Positions 27,566 to 35,876 of a DNA stretch of 44,340 nucleotides are shown here, piece after piece (within the stretch, counting starts at the first letter, position 1; every line of letters begins with the position of its first letter). A program made the translations under genes and the position numbers. Origin of the DNA: Bradymonadaceae bacterium (GTDB lineage: Bacteria > Myxococcota_A > Bradymonadia > Bradymonadales > Bradymonadaceae); NCBI GenBank assembly GCA_028274765.1, contig JAQCND010000540.1, positions 1 through 44,340 on the forward strand. The letters run 5' to 3'. The notes beneath the pieces were generated by a model. The model was not told the origin of the DNA and did not search any database. It was given only the letters and a program-made list of their open reading frames with translations.

Positions 27566-28462
27566 TTAACCGCGGTAGGTGAATTGGAGAGGATAATCAC
27601 ACAGATAAAAGATGTCCCCCTCCTCGATGCGTTTCGACTCGATGCGATTCCCCCGGAATTCGACGCCGTTAGTCGAGTCGAGATCTTTGAGATACCAGTT
27701 GTTGTTGCGGTAGATGATCGCACAGTGTTTGCGGGAGATGTTGCCGTCTCGAATCGTCAGATCCGTATCCGAGCTCCCGCGCCCAATGACAAAGCGGTTC
27801 TGGTCGATCTCGTAGCGATTGTTGTTGAATAGCAGATACAGCGGGTCGCGGCCGCTGGTCTGTTGCTGAGTGCTCCGTCCCGACTGTTGCGGGCCCGACT
27901 GTTGAGGGGGCTGCTGTTGTTGCTGGTAGTTTCCCCCGCTCGGCGACTGGTTCTGCCGCTTGGTTGGGGGCTGCTGGTCGCGCTGCCAGTTGGGATTCTG
28001 CTGATTTTGATTGCGCTGTTGCCCGGAGCTGGGAGGCGGAGGCGGTCCAGCTGAACTGCCGCCCGGCTGGGGCTGCTGCTGAGGCTGTTGCGGTCGGCTC
28101 GACCCGCCGCCGGATGGAGGCGGCGACTGCGACTGGCCGCCCTGCTGGCCGCCCACCGAGGGGACTTGCTCGTAGGTACGGTACTCCGGATCTTGGGGAC
28201 CAGGTGGCGAGGCGCCCCCGCTTCCGCCGGAGGCCGGGGGATTCGAGTAATTCCCCTGGGTGTTGCGATCTTGTTCCGGATTGGCCTGTGACGGGGAGTA
28301 ATCGCGGTTTTGCGCGTACTGGCGCATCGCTTCGTTGATGAGGTAATCCATCGAGCAGCCCAGCTCGCGCGTCATCTGCTCGAACAGTTCCCACATGTAG
28401 TCGCGACAGTAGAAACTTCGCAGAGTTTTGCGATTTTCATCTTGCGAAAAATCGTCTGACAT
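27566..28462 (-). CDS. ribbon-helix-helix-like N-terminal domain / Q,N,P,G-rich linker / C-terminal FHA domain protein
   Basis: The FHA core is clear (VIGRGSSDTDLTIRDGNISRKHCAIIY..YLKDLDSTNGVEF). The N-terminal ~55 aa fit a strand-helix-helix pattern (KTLRSFYCRDYMWELFEQMTRELGCSMDYLINEAMRQYAQ). The ATG at 28462 was verified; the longer ORF prefix is Arg-rich. Confidence 0.8.
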   Translation of the reverse strand: MSDDFSQDENRKTLRSFYCRDYMWELFEQMTRELGCSMDYLINEAMRQYAQNRDYSPSQANPEQDRNTQGNYSNPPASGGSGGASPPGPQDPEYRTYEQVPSVGGQQGGQSQSPPPSGGGSSRPQQPQQQPQPGGSSAGPPPPPSSGQQRNQNQQNPNWQRDQQPPTKRQNQSPSGGNYQQQQQPPQQSGPQQSGRSTQQQTSGRDPLYLLFNNNRYEIDQNRFVIGRGSSDTDLTIRDGNISRKHCAIIYRNNNWYLKDLDSTNGVEFRGNRIESKRIEEGDIFYLCDYPLQFTYRG

Positions 28463-28647
28463 GGAACTTGATCCCCCTGGGGCTCGAGCGTCGCATCTTT
28501 CAGACGCTCGGGACTCCAGGATGTGTTTCGCGTACTGGAGACGAGTCCGTTTCGGCTCAACGTACTTGCATCGCGCGGCTACGTTATCACAGCGTCGATT
28601 GCCGTGTCCAGAATCGATCCCTGCTCTCCACATCCCCTCTCCATCCG

Positions 28648-29394
28648 ATGAGTACCGACGACGAACGTCTCGACGTCCTTCTCCGCGAGCGCGAGTTGAC
28701 CCGGAGTCGCTCGAAGGCCAAGGCCCGCATTTTGGCCGGTGAAGTCTACGTCGAGGGTGACCAGATCGACAAGGCCGGCACGCGCGTGCCGGTCGATGCC
28801 GATATCGAACTGCGAGGGGACTCCAACCCCTATGTCTCCCGCGGGGGACTGAAGCTGGAGTCGGCCCTCGAGACATTCGGGAACCTCGACCTCTCGGAAC
28901 GGACGGCCATCGATGTTGGCGCCTCGACGGGCGGTTTTACCGATTATCTGCTCCAGCACGGGGCCGAGCACGTCTATGCCGTCGACGTCGGCTACGGGCA
29001 ACTGGCCTGGAAGTTGCGCGAAGACGACCGTGTGACCGTCATCGAACGGACCAACATCCGGGAGATGGAGCGCGACGCCGTTGACGATACCTGTGATCTC
29101 GCCGTCATCGACTGTTCGTTTATCTCACTCGAGCTGGTGGTCCCGAACACACTGCCGTTCTTGACCGACACGGCCGACATCGTCGCCCTGATCAAACCCC
29201 AGTTCGAGGCCGGGCCCGACAACGTCGACGACGGGGGAGTCGTGCGCGACGAGCCGACGCGCCAGACGACCATCGAGGAGGTCTTCGAGATGGCCGACGC
29301 ACTCGGGCTGGAGCGGGCCGACTCGGTCGACTCCGAGGTCCATGGTCCCGCCGGCAACGTCGAGCATTTCGCGTGGTGGCGACGGAGAGCCTGA
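28648..29394 (+). CDS. tlyA: TlyA-family rRNA (cytidine-2'-O)-methyltransferase
   Basis: S4-like N-terminus (RLDVLLRERELTRSRSKAKARILAGEVYV) and an FtsJ-type SAM site (AIDVGASTGGFTDYLLQHGAEHVYAVDVGYGQL). ATG at 28648. Confidence 0.85.
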   Translation: MSTDDERLDVLLRERELTRSRSKAKARILAGEVYVEGDQIDKAGTRVPVDADIELRGDSNPYVSRGGLKLESALETFGNLDLSERTAIDVGASTGGFTDYLLQHGAEHVYAVDVGYGQLAWKLREDDRVTVIERTNIREMERDAVDDTCDLAVIDCSFISLELVVPNTLPFLTDTADIVALIKPQFEAGPDNVDDGGVVRDEPTRQTTIEEVFEMADALGLERADSVDSEVHGPAGNVEHFAWWRRRA

Positions 29395-29469
29395 CGAGCG
29401 AACCGACGGGCACACTGGATTGTGGCTACGCCTCGTGCGAGCACAGGACATGCGCCCAGTCGAGAGAGG

Positions 29470-32067
29470 TCATCCTTCGTCGTCGTCGCCCAGAAGCTGG
29501 GCATCGTAGCCATAGACGTCCGAGAAGAAGTGGGCGCGTCCCTGATCGTCGACTCGGGCTGTCAAGTACTCGACATGGACCGGCACGCGCTCGTCCAAGA
29601 AGATGGGATGGTACTCGTATTGCATCTCCTTTTTGGTCTCGCCGTTTTGCTCGACTTCAACCTCCTCGCCCTCGAGGATCTCCGAGATGTTGTGGTTGTC
29701 GTACTGACCGTCGTAGCGGAGGAGCTGTTCGGCCAAATCGAAGGGATCCTGCATGCGCATGCAGCCGTGACTGAAGGCCCGGATTTCGCGCGAAAAGAGG
29801 TCCTTTTTGGGCGTGTCGTGAAGATAGACGGTATGGACGTTCGGAAAGATGACTTTGACCTTGCCCAGCGCATTGGACGGCCCCTGTTCCATCCGGACGT
29901 ACTCCCAGTCGTCACCGGGTGAGATGACTTCGTAGTCGTTGTTGTCGTACCACTCGGGAATGTGGTCGGGATCGGTGGAACTGACATCCACCATCCCCGT
30001 CTCGGGATCGAGGTATGGAAATTCGGCTTCGAGGGGCGACGCCTCCTCCGAATTCGTCGAATCTGTCTTCGCTTTCGAGCCCACGTCGTTCGACGACTTT
30101 CGGGCGCGGACTTTCTGAATGAGCGCGCGAATCTCGGAGACGTCGAAGACGTGGTCGCCGTCATCGTTCTCGCGGACGTACGCGCTGATGTCGACGTCGG
30201 GAGCGTTCTCCTCTTCGTTCGACTCTGAAGGGGACCCGTCTCCCCCCGACGAGGTGGGGGCACTCGAGGCCTCTTCCGTATCCGACGAGGCTGACGCCGG
30301 GGGAGACGCCTCGGAGGCTGAGTGGGACGCACTCGAATCCGAGGACGAATCGGTCGCAACGAGGAACTGATCGAGCTCGACCCCGCCGGAGGCATCGTCC
30401 TCTTGGAGCTTGGCCTCTAACTCCCGGAGTTTGGTCTTGTAGTTCGACGCCACGGATTGTCGGACCTTCGGAATGACCTCCCGACGTCGGATGCGGTCTG
30501 TCAGATTCCAGTAGGGATTGTAAATGATGCGATCGATGTAGGCACTCACCTCGGGGGTGCGATTGGACGTCTTCTGAATGTCCTCCTCTTCGTTGCGAAT
30601 GATCTTGCCGTCTCCGACGACGACGCGGAAGCGCATGTCGAGCTGCTGCTCCTTCCAGAGTTCGGCATGAGCCCCGGGGATGTTGACGAGAACGTAGCGA
30701 TCGTCCTCTTCGTGGCGGACGTTGCTGCTCCGCCATCGCTGGAGATTCGCCCCGAGAATCGCGAGCCGACGATCGGCCGGCACGTTGAGGCTGCTCCAGA
30801 ACATGTCGTGGGGACGCCCCGTCTCGCGCATCTGATGAGTCATCTGGTAGGCCTCGACGGCCTCGGTCAGGGTCTCGCCGTATGTCTCGTCGATCTCGAC
30901 GTCGTCGGGGAAATATCCCTCGGTCCGGAGTCGTCGCTTCAGGTCGGCGACAGCGGGTTTCGTATAGCCCGGCCCCATCGATTCGGGGGCGACCCGTTTC
31001 CATCCGCCGGAGGCGACGATCGAACGATAGCGATCGTACTCCTGTTTGAGACGCTCGTACTGAGGATGCCGGGGTTCGAGGTCGGCCAGCACCTGCTCGG
31101 GAGACTCGTCGGCCAACAGCCCCTCCAGGGTCTGTCGCAGACGTCGATGGAGGATGGCAACGGGCTGTTGGACATCGTCGGCGACCTCGGTGGCCGTCCG
31201 CCGGATCATGTCCGCCACGAAGGGACCCCGCTCGCGGTCGGGACGTCGACCGTCGGTGTTGTAGAGCTCCCAGTAATCGGCCGCCTCCGGATCGACATAG
31301 ATGTCCTTGAGATGGAAGTGCTTCATGCGCCTCGCGTACCGAAGCGCATTGCGCGCCATGAGCTGCTCCAGCGCTGCCATCTTGCGAGCCTGTCTGGTGC
31401 GCACTTCTTCGAGGGCGTCGAGCCGACGCTGGAGTCGCGCGCCCGCAGGATCGTCGAAGAAGGTTTCGGTCATGGTGTCGTACGATTCGGCGTCGAGCGA
31501 CCACGAGGAGCGGGGCTGTCGAGTCAGATAATCGATGGCCGCTCGGCGTTCCGTGGCATCGAGCTCGACATGTGAGACGGCGTGGCGCTCGGTCTCGAGA
31601 TGGTCGATCTGGTGTTGAAGCGTCTCGATGCGATGGAGATCGAATCGGGCTCGATCGAGGGCGTGATCCTGGACGGAATCGAGACGTTCCCAGAGCAGAC
31701 GGCCCCGCTCGGTCCATCCTCCGCGATCGACAAACTCGAGCTCGTAGTCGACGGTTCGATACGCCCTCTCGGCCAACAAAACATAAGGGGGGGCGTCGCG
31801 ATGGACCGATTCGCGAGTCGCATCGGCCTGCTCTTCGAGTTCTCTTTTGAAGAGAGCCCGTGGATCGGGAGACTCGGCGCGTTCACGGAATGTCGAGGTC
31901 AGCTGACTTCCCCAGTCGTCGACGTAGGACGCCGCCCGATTCGAGGCGATCCTGGGCTCGTCACATCCTCCAAATGCCACGGTCGCTCCCCCCCATAGTA
32001 GCACGACCCACGTCCACATGAGGAGACGCCGGGCGGTCGAATGGTTCGAGAGCGTGGAGCGTATCAT
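29470..32067 (-). CDS. YcbB/LdtD-type L,D-transpeptidase with an expanded acidic Ser-rich insertion
   Basis: YkuD catalytic signature (VYLHDTPKKDLFSREIRAFSHGCMRM) with upstream VNIPGAHAELW...YNPYWN. N-terminal signal with a possible lipobox (AFGGC). Length 865 aa. Confidence 0.85.
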   Translation of the reverse strand: MIRSTLSNHSTARRLLMWTWVVLLWGGATVAFGGCDEPRIASNRAASYVDDWGSQLTSTFRERAESPDPRALFKRELEEQADATRESVHRDAPPYVLLAERAYRTVDYELEFVDRGGWTERGRLLWERLDSVQDHALDRARFDLHRIETLQHQIDHLETERHAVSHVELDATERRAAIDYLTRQPRSSWSLDAESYDTMTETFFDDPAGARLQRRLDALEEVRTRQARKMAALEQLMARNALRYARRMKHFHLKDIYVDPEAADYWELYNTDGRRPDRERGPFVADMIRRTATEVADDVQQPVAILHRRLRQTLEGLLADESPEQVLADLEPRHPQYERLKQEYDRYRSIVASGGWKRVAPESMGPGYTKPAVADLKRRLRTEGYFPDDVEIDETYGETLTEAVEAYQMTHQMRETGRPHDMFWSSLNVPADRRLAILGANLQRWRSSNVRHEEDDRYVLVNIPGAHAELWKEQQLDMRFRVVVGDGKIIRNEEEDIQKTSNRTPEVSAYIDRIIYNPYWNLTDRIRRREVIPKVRQSVASNYKTKLRELEAKLQEDDASGGVELDQFLVATDSSSDSSASHSASEASPPASASSDTEEASSAPTSSGGDGSPSESNEEENAPDVDISAYVRENDDGDHVFDVSEIRALIQKVRARKSSNDVGSKAKTDSTNSEEASPLEAEFPYLDPETGMVDVSSTDPDHIPEWYDNNDYEVISPGDDWEYVRMEQGPSNALGKVKVIFPNVHTVYLHDTPKKDLFSREIRAFSHGCMRMQDPFDLAEQLLRYDGQYDNHNISEILEGEEVEVEQNGETKKEMQYEYHPIFLDERVPVHVEYLTARVDDQGRAHFFSDVYGYDAQLLGDDDEG

Positions 32068-32070
32068 GAT

Positions 32071-33120
32071 TCAGTCCAATGGTCGCCAGTTGGAGCGAGG
32101 AATCGTCTCCGAAGTTGGAGGCGTTGCGTTGCCGAGAATGTAGATGGCCCGTCGGTTGGCCTTCTTTTCGGTCTCGTCTGGCGTCTCGACGGCGAGTACG
32201 TCCTCCCCGAACCCCTGATAGTAGACGGGAATCCCGAGACCCTGTTGTCGAAACCAGTCCCCGATGGCTCGCGCTCGTTTGCGGCTCAGATCGCGGTTGC
32301 TCGACTTCGAGCCCACCGTATCGGTATAACCCGCGATGTAGAGTTTCATGTCGAGGCCCTTGTTGCGGTGCTCCTGCATGGCCTCGCGGATCTTGTCGAG
32401 TGAGTCGCGCAATTTCGAGACCTGATCGTCCTTCCAATCCGCCTCGCCGAACTGAAAGCGCACCTCCTTGTGGGGAATCTTCACCCAGAAGGGCTGGAGT
32501 TGGAGGCCTCGCCAGAAGCCGTGCGGGCCGTACGCCTTGAGTTCGATCGAACCGATCTCCGCATCATCGGGCCATGTCACCTGAAACGTCCGAGAGCCCC
32601 CGACCGATTGGGTGCCCGCCTGCAATGTCTCGCCGTCCGAATCGGTGATGGTGAGTTCGACGCGTTCGAGGGGTCGGTTGCTTCGAACGTCCAACTGCCC
32701 CTCGGCGATGCGAGCGCGCTCTTCGTCGACCGACAGTTCCAGCGGCTCGGCCACCGTCACCGTCGTCTCGAACGTCGTCTCGACCGATTCGCCCTGTTCG
32801 CCTCCGGCCCCCTCGGCCTCGATGGTTACCTCGTAGTCGTGAGTCCCGCTGGATTGATCGATCGGGATTTGCTTCGTCTGGCCCTCTTCGAGACTCCCCA
32901 GTTCGACGGAGGACGCGTCGCCGTCGTCGCGCTCGAACTGAACGGTGCCCTGTTGGATGTCCCCCGTGGCTTTCAGGACGAGTTGGGGCATCTTGTTGCC
33001 CTTCTGGACGACGTTCTGCACTTTGTATTCAAATCCCGCAGTGCCCGCCCATGCGGTCCACGGCCCGGCGAAGGCGACGAGTGCACACACTCCCATCCAA
33101 ACGTATTTCGAGGTCCACAT
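32071..33120 (-). CDS. OmpA/MotB-domain peptidoglycan-binding protein with N-terminal beta-rich domains
   Basis: Signal peptide (MWTSKYVWMGVCALVAFAGPWTAWA). C-terminal OmpA-like domain (LYIAGYTDTVGSKSSNRDLSRKRARAIGDWF...NRRAIYIL). The stop is 3 nt before the transpeptidase ATG. An alternative ATG lies at 33171. Confidence 0.8.
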   Translation of the reverse strand: MWTSKYVWMGVCALVAFAGPWTAWAGTAGFEYKVQNVVQKGNKMPQLVLKATGDIQQGTVQFERDDGDASSVELGSLEEGQTKQIPIDQSSGTHDYEVTIEAEGAGGEQGESVETTFETTVTVAEPLELSVDEERARIAEGQLDVRSNRPLERVELTITDSDGETLQAGTQSVGGSRTFQVTWPDDAEIGSIELKAYGPHGFWRGLQLQPFWVKIPHKEVRFQFGEADWKDDQVSKLRDSLDKIREAMQEHRNKGLDMKLYIAGYTDTVGSKSSNRDLSRKRARAIGDWFRQQGLGIPVYYQGFGEDVLAVETPDETEKKANRRAIYILGNATPPTSETIPRSNWRPLD

Positions 33121-33534
33121 ATCGCTACTCCCATTGGCTTCGATCTCAGTGTACATCATCGAGGAGCTCACGCGGCATCATCATGGGGGCGTCGGAGGGA
33201 CTCGAGCCAGATGGTGTGACTCGGCCGATGGGGCAGGAGAGACACCACGAGAGGTCCGTGCTTCAATCCCAATTATAGGGACAAGCGCCGTCCCGCAAAT
33301 GTTTCGTGTTCGCGACGATGCTCCGAGTCGCGTCGCTGGCCTCGATCGCTGCTCGCACTCGCGAGTCTTATTCCACGGGGCAGAGAAAAGGCGATGGCGG
33401 AGGCCTCCTCGTCATGGAGGCTTCGTCTGCAGGAGCCTATATGATTTGATGCGTCTCGAGTGCGACTGCTAAGCTCTCCGACCGTCACGATACTCGAACA
33501 TGTTGTCCAGTGCTCGTCTCACCTCGAAGTCGTC

Positions 33535-35361
33535 ATGCGTCACATGCATTTGAACAACGCGCGTTTCGCCGGTTCTCTCTGTGGTATGCTCTGTCTCGCC
33601 AGCTTGCTCGTCGTGGGGGGGTGCGATCCGGCGAGCGGGGACGACGAAGCGCCAGACGGGGGGAGCTGGACGGTACCCGGAGATGGTTCCCCGGATGCGA
33701 GCAGGTCCGCCGACGAGGACACCTCCTCTCCGGACGATCCTCCGGCGGACGCCGGGGAGCGCGACACCTCCGAACCGGCTCGGAGCGATGCGGAGACGCC
33801 GGGCGGACTGGTGCTCGAACCCGAAGCGCCCGTGACGTTTCCCGCCATCGATCCGGGGCAGACGTTTAGCCTCACCGTGTCGCTGGCCCACACGGGCCAG
33901 GGGGACCTGACGATCCCCTCCCGGCCCTCCATCGAGGGCTCGAGTGCCTTCCAGCTCCAGGAGCTCGAGACGAACTTTCCCGTCATCCTCCCCCAGCGAA
34001 ACGCCGAGATCGGAGGGCGCATCAGAGTGACCTTTGAAATCGTCTACCGCCCCGGCGAGGCGACGAACGGCGAGGCAGAATTGGTTGTCCCGATCGAGGG
34101 ATCGGAGACCGCTCGACGTTTTGATCTTCGAGCCCGAGAGGGTGCGAAGTGTCTGCATGTCGACGCCCCCACCGTCGACTTCGGAGGCGTGCCCTATGAC
34201 CGCGCCGTCTCCCGTCAGTTCGAGGCTATCAGTTGCGGCTCGGAGCCGGTCCAGATCCAGTCGGTCCAGCTCGCCGACGACGGCGACGGCCAGTTTCAGC
34301 TCGACCTCGGATCGCGGGACTCCGACGACGACGGCGAACTCGACAGCCCCATCTCCCTCGATGCGACGAGCGAAAGCGCCTCCTTTGGCGTCACGTACCA
34401 GCCCTCGCCCAACACGGCTTTTGCTCGTGGACTCGTCGAACTACAGACCAACGAGCCCATCCGTTCGACGATGACGATCGAACTGCGAGGACAAGGATCG
34501 CCGGGGACGTGTCCGACGGCCGAGCTCAGTGCAAAAGTGCGCGACAGCCGAGCCACGCCGCGGTCCACGATCGAGGCCGAACCGCTCGACGACATTCGGC
34601 TCGACGGCACGGGGAGCTCCCATCCGATGGGCGAGCTCGAGACGTATCGGTGGAGCGTGCTTGAGACTCCCTCGGATGTCACGGCCAAACTGCGAGCCCC
34701 CTCTCCCAACAACGAGGGCGTGCGCACCTTCCGAGCTCTCTCGAGTGGCACGTACAAAATCGGACTTCGAGTCACCAGCTCACGAGGCGTCGTCTCCTGC
34801 AATCGGGCCACGGCCACGATCGACGTGGTCCCCGAGGCCGAGGTCCGTATCGAGCTGACCTGGACCAACCCCGAGGATCCCGACGAGACCGACGATCAGG
34901 GGAGCGATCTCGACCTCCACTTTCTCAAGATGGGGCCCGGACGATGGTTCGAAGCTCCCTACGACATTTACTTTCAAAATCGGGGGGGAGCCGGCGTCTG
35001 GGATCCGGAGAGCCCCCGACTCGACCTCGATGACAACGATGGGGCGGGTCCCGAGCAGATTCACATGGACGAGGCGCAATCCTGTCAGTGGTACGCCGTC
35101 GGCGTCCACCACTACAAGAAGATGTTCGGCACGGCGTACGCGACGGTTCGCGTCTGGCTCGACGACACGTTGGTGTACGAGGAGGCCCATCAACCGCTCC
35201 GACAAGAGGGAGAGTTTTGGGACGTCCTGCGGATCCATCCCTCGAGCCCAAAGGTGTTGACACGAGACGCTATCGTCCCCCGAACTCCCCAAGGAACGGA
35301 ACCGCCAGTCACCGATGCCATGCGCACGAGCGGAGCTTGTACGCGCCAGGATCTCTACTGA
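33535..35361 (+). CDS. lipoprotein with ASH/choice-of-anchor-D-like, PKD-like and DUF2135(YfaP)-like domains
   Basis: Lipobox (LASLLVVGGC). Beta-sandwich segments (VDFGGVPYDRAVSRQFEAISCGSEPVQI) and a PKD-like unit (LDGTGSSHP...YRWSV...GTYKIGLRVTS). The C-terminal block (IELTWTN...DLDLHF...DLDDNDGAGPE...YAVGVHHY) resembles DUF2135. An alternative ATG lies at 33544. Confidence 0.65.
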   Translation: MRHMHLNNARFAGSLCGMLCLASLLVVGGCDPASGDDEAPDGGSWTVPGDGSPDASRSADEDTSSPDDPPADAGERDTSEPARSDAETPGGLVLEPEAPVTFPAIDPGQTFSLTVSLAHTGQGDLTIPSRPSIEGSSAFQLQELETNFPVILPQRNAEIGGRIRVTFEIVYRPGEATNGEAELVVPIEGSETARRFDLRAREGAKCLHVDAPTVDFGGVPYDRAVSRQFEAISCGSEPVQIQSVQLADDGDGQFQLDLGSRDSDDDGELDSPISLDATSESASFGVTYQPSPNTAFARGLVELQTNEPIRSTMTIELRGQGSPGTCPTAELSAKVRDSRATPRSTIEAEPLDDIRLDGTGSSHPMGELETYRWSVLETPSDVTAKLRAPSPNNEGVRTFRALSSGTYKIGLRVTSSRGVVSCNRATATIDVVPEAEVRIELTWTNPEDPDETDDQGSDLDLHFLKMGPGRWFEAPYDIYFQNRGGAGVWDPESPRLDLDDNDGAGPEQIHMDEAQSCQWYAVGVHHYKKMFGTAYATVRVWLDDTLVYEEAHQPLRQEGEFWDVLRIHPSSPKVLTRDAIVPRTPQGTEPPVTDAMRTSGACTRQDLY

Positions 35362-35876
35362 TAAACGCTGTTTCATCGACCTGCATCGATGGGCGCCTCG
35401 AGAGCCGCCGAAGGAGGCGACAGCATCGAGCTCCGGGGGGGGGAGCCCGAAGCTCGAAAAGGGATGCCCCTTTAGCCGAGCCCCGAATGGGGCGGGAGCA
35501 GGGGCGGTGTGGTTCATATATTTGGGCTATTTGGATGAAATGGCGTTTATCTGTCGTGAGAGCTGGTTTCAGACCCTCGACGGCGGGGTTGGGGGCGTGA
35601 GGACGAGGAGCTGAACCGACTGAGATACCGCAGGGTGAGTAGAGGGCCGTCGACGCCGTAATCGCCGTATCAGCCGCGACCGCAGCCTCGTTCGAGTGCG
35701 TTGAAACGAGCTCTTAGGTAGGGAGGCCACGACGCCGACGCTTTCTCTGGCTCCGCGTCCCCCCCCCACTTCCGCCTTCTGAGTGCCCCCTCGTTCGTCG
35801 TTAGAGTGCGACGAGCGAAGGGGGAGAGAGGCCGAGACGACTGAGGACGACAAGGCTCGTCCGCCCGAGAGCCGTC

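Noticed and set aside
29562-31717. Alternative-frame minus-strand ORFs (277 and 518 aa) inside the L,D-transpeptidase gene
   Set aside because: They are on the same strand but out of frame with a CDS carrying the YkuD catalytic motif. The products are Arg/Pro/Ser-rich low-complexity, so overlapping genes are not supported.
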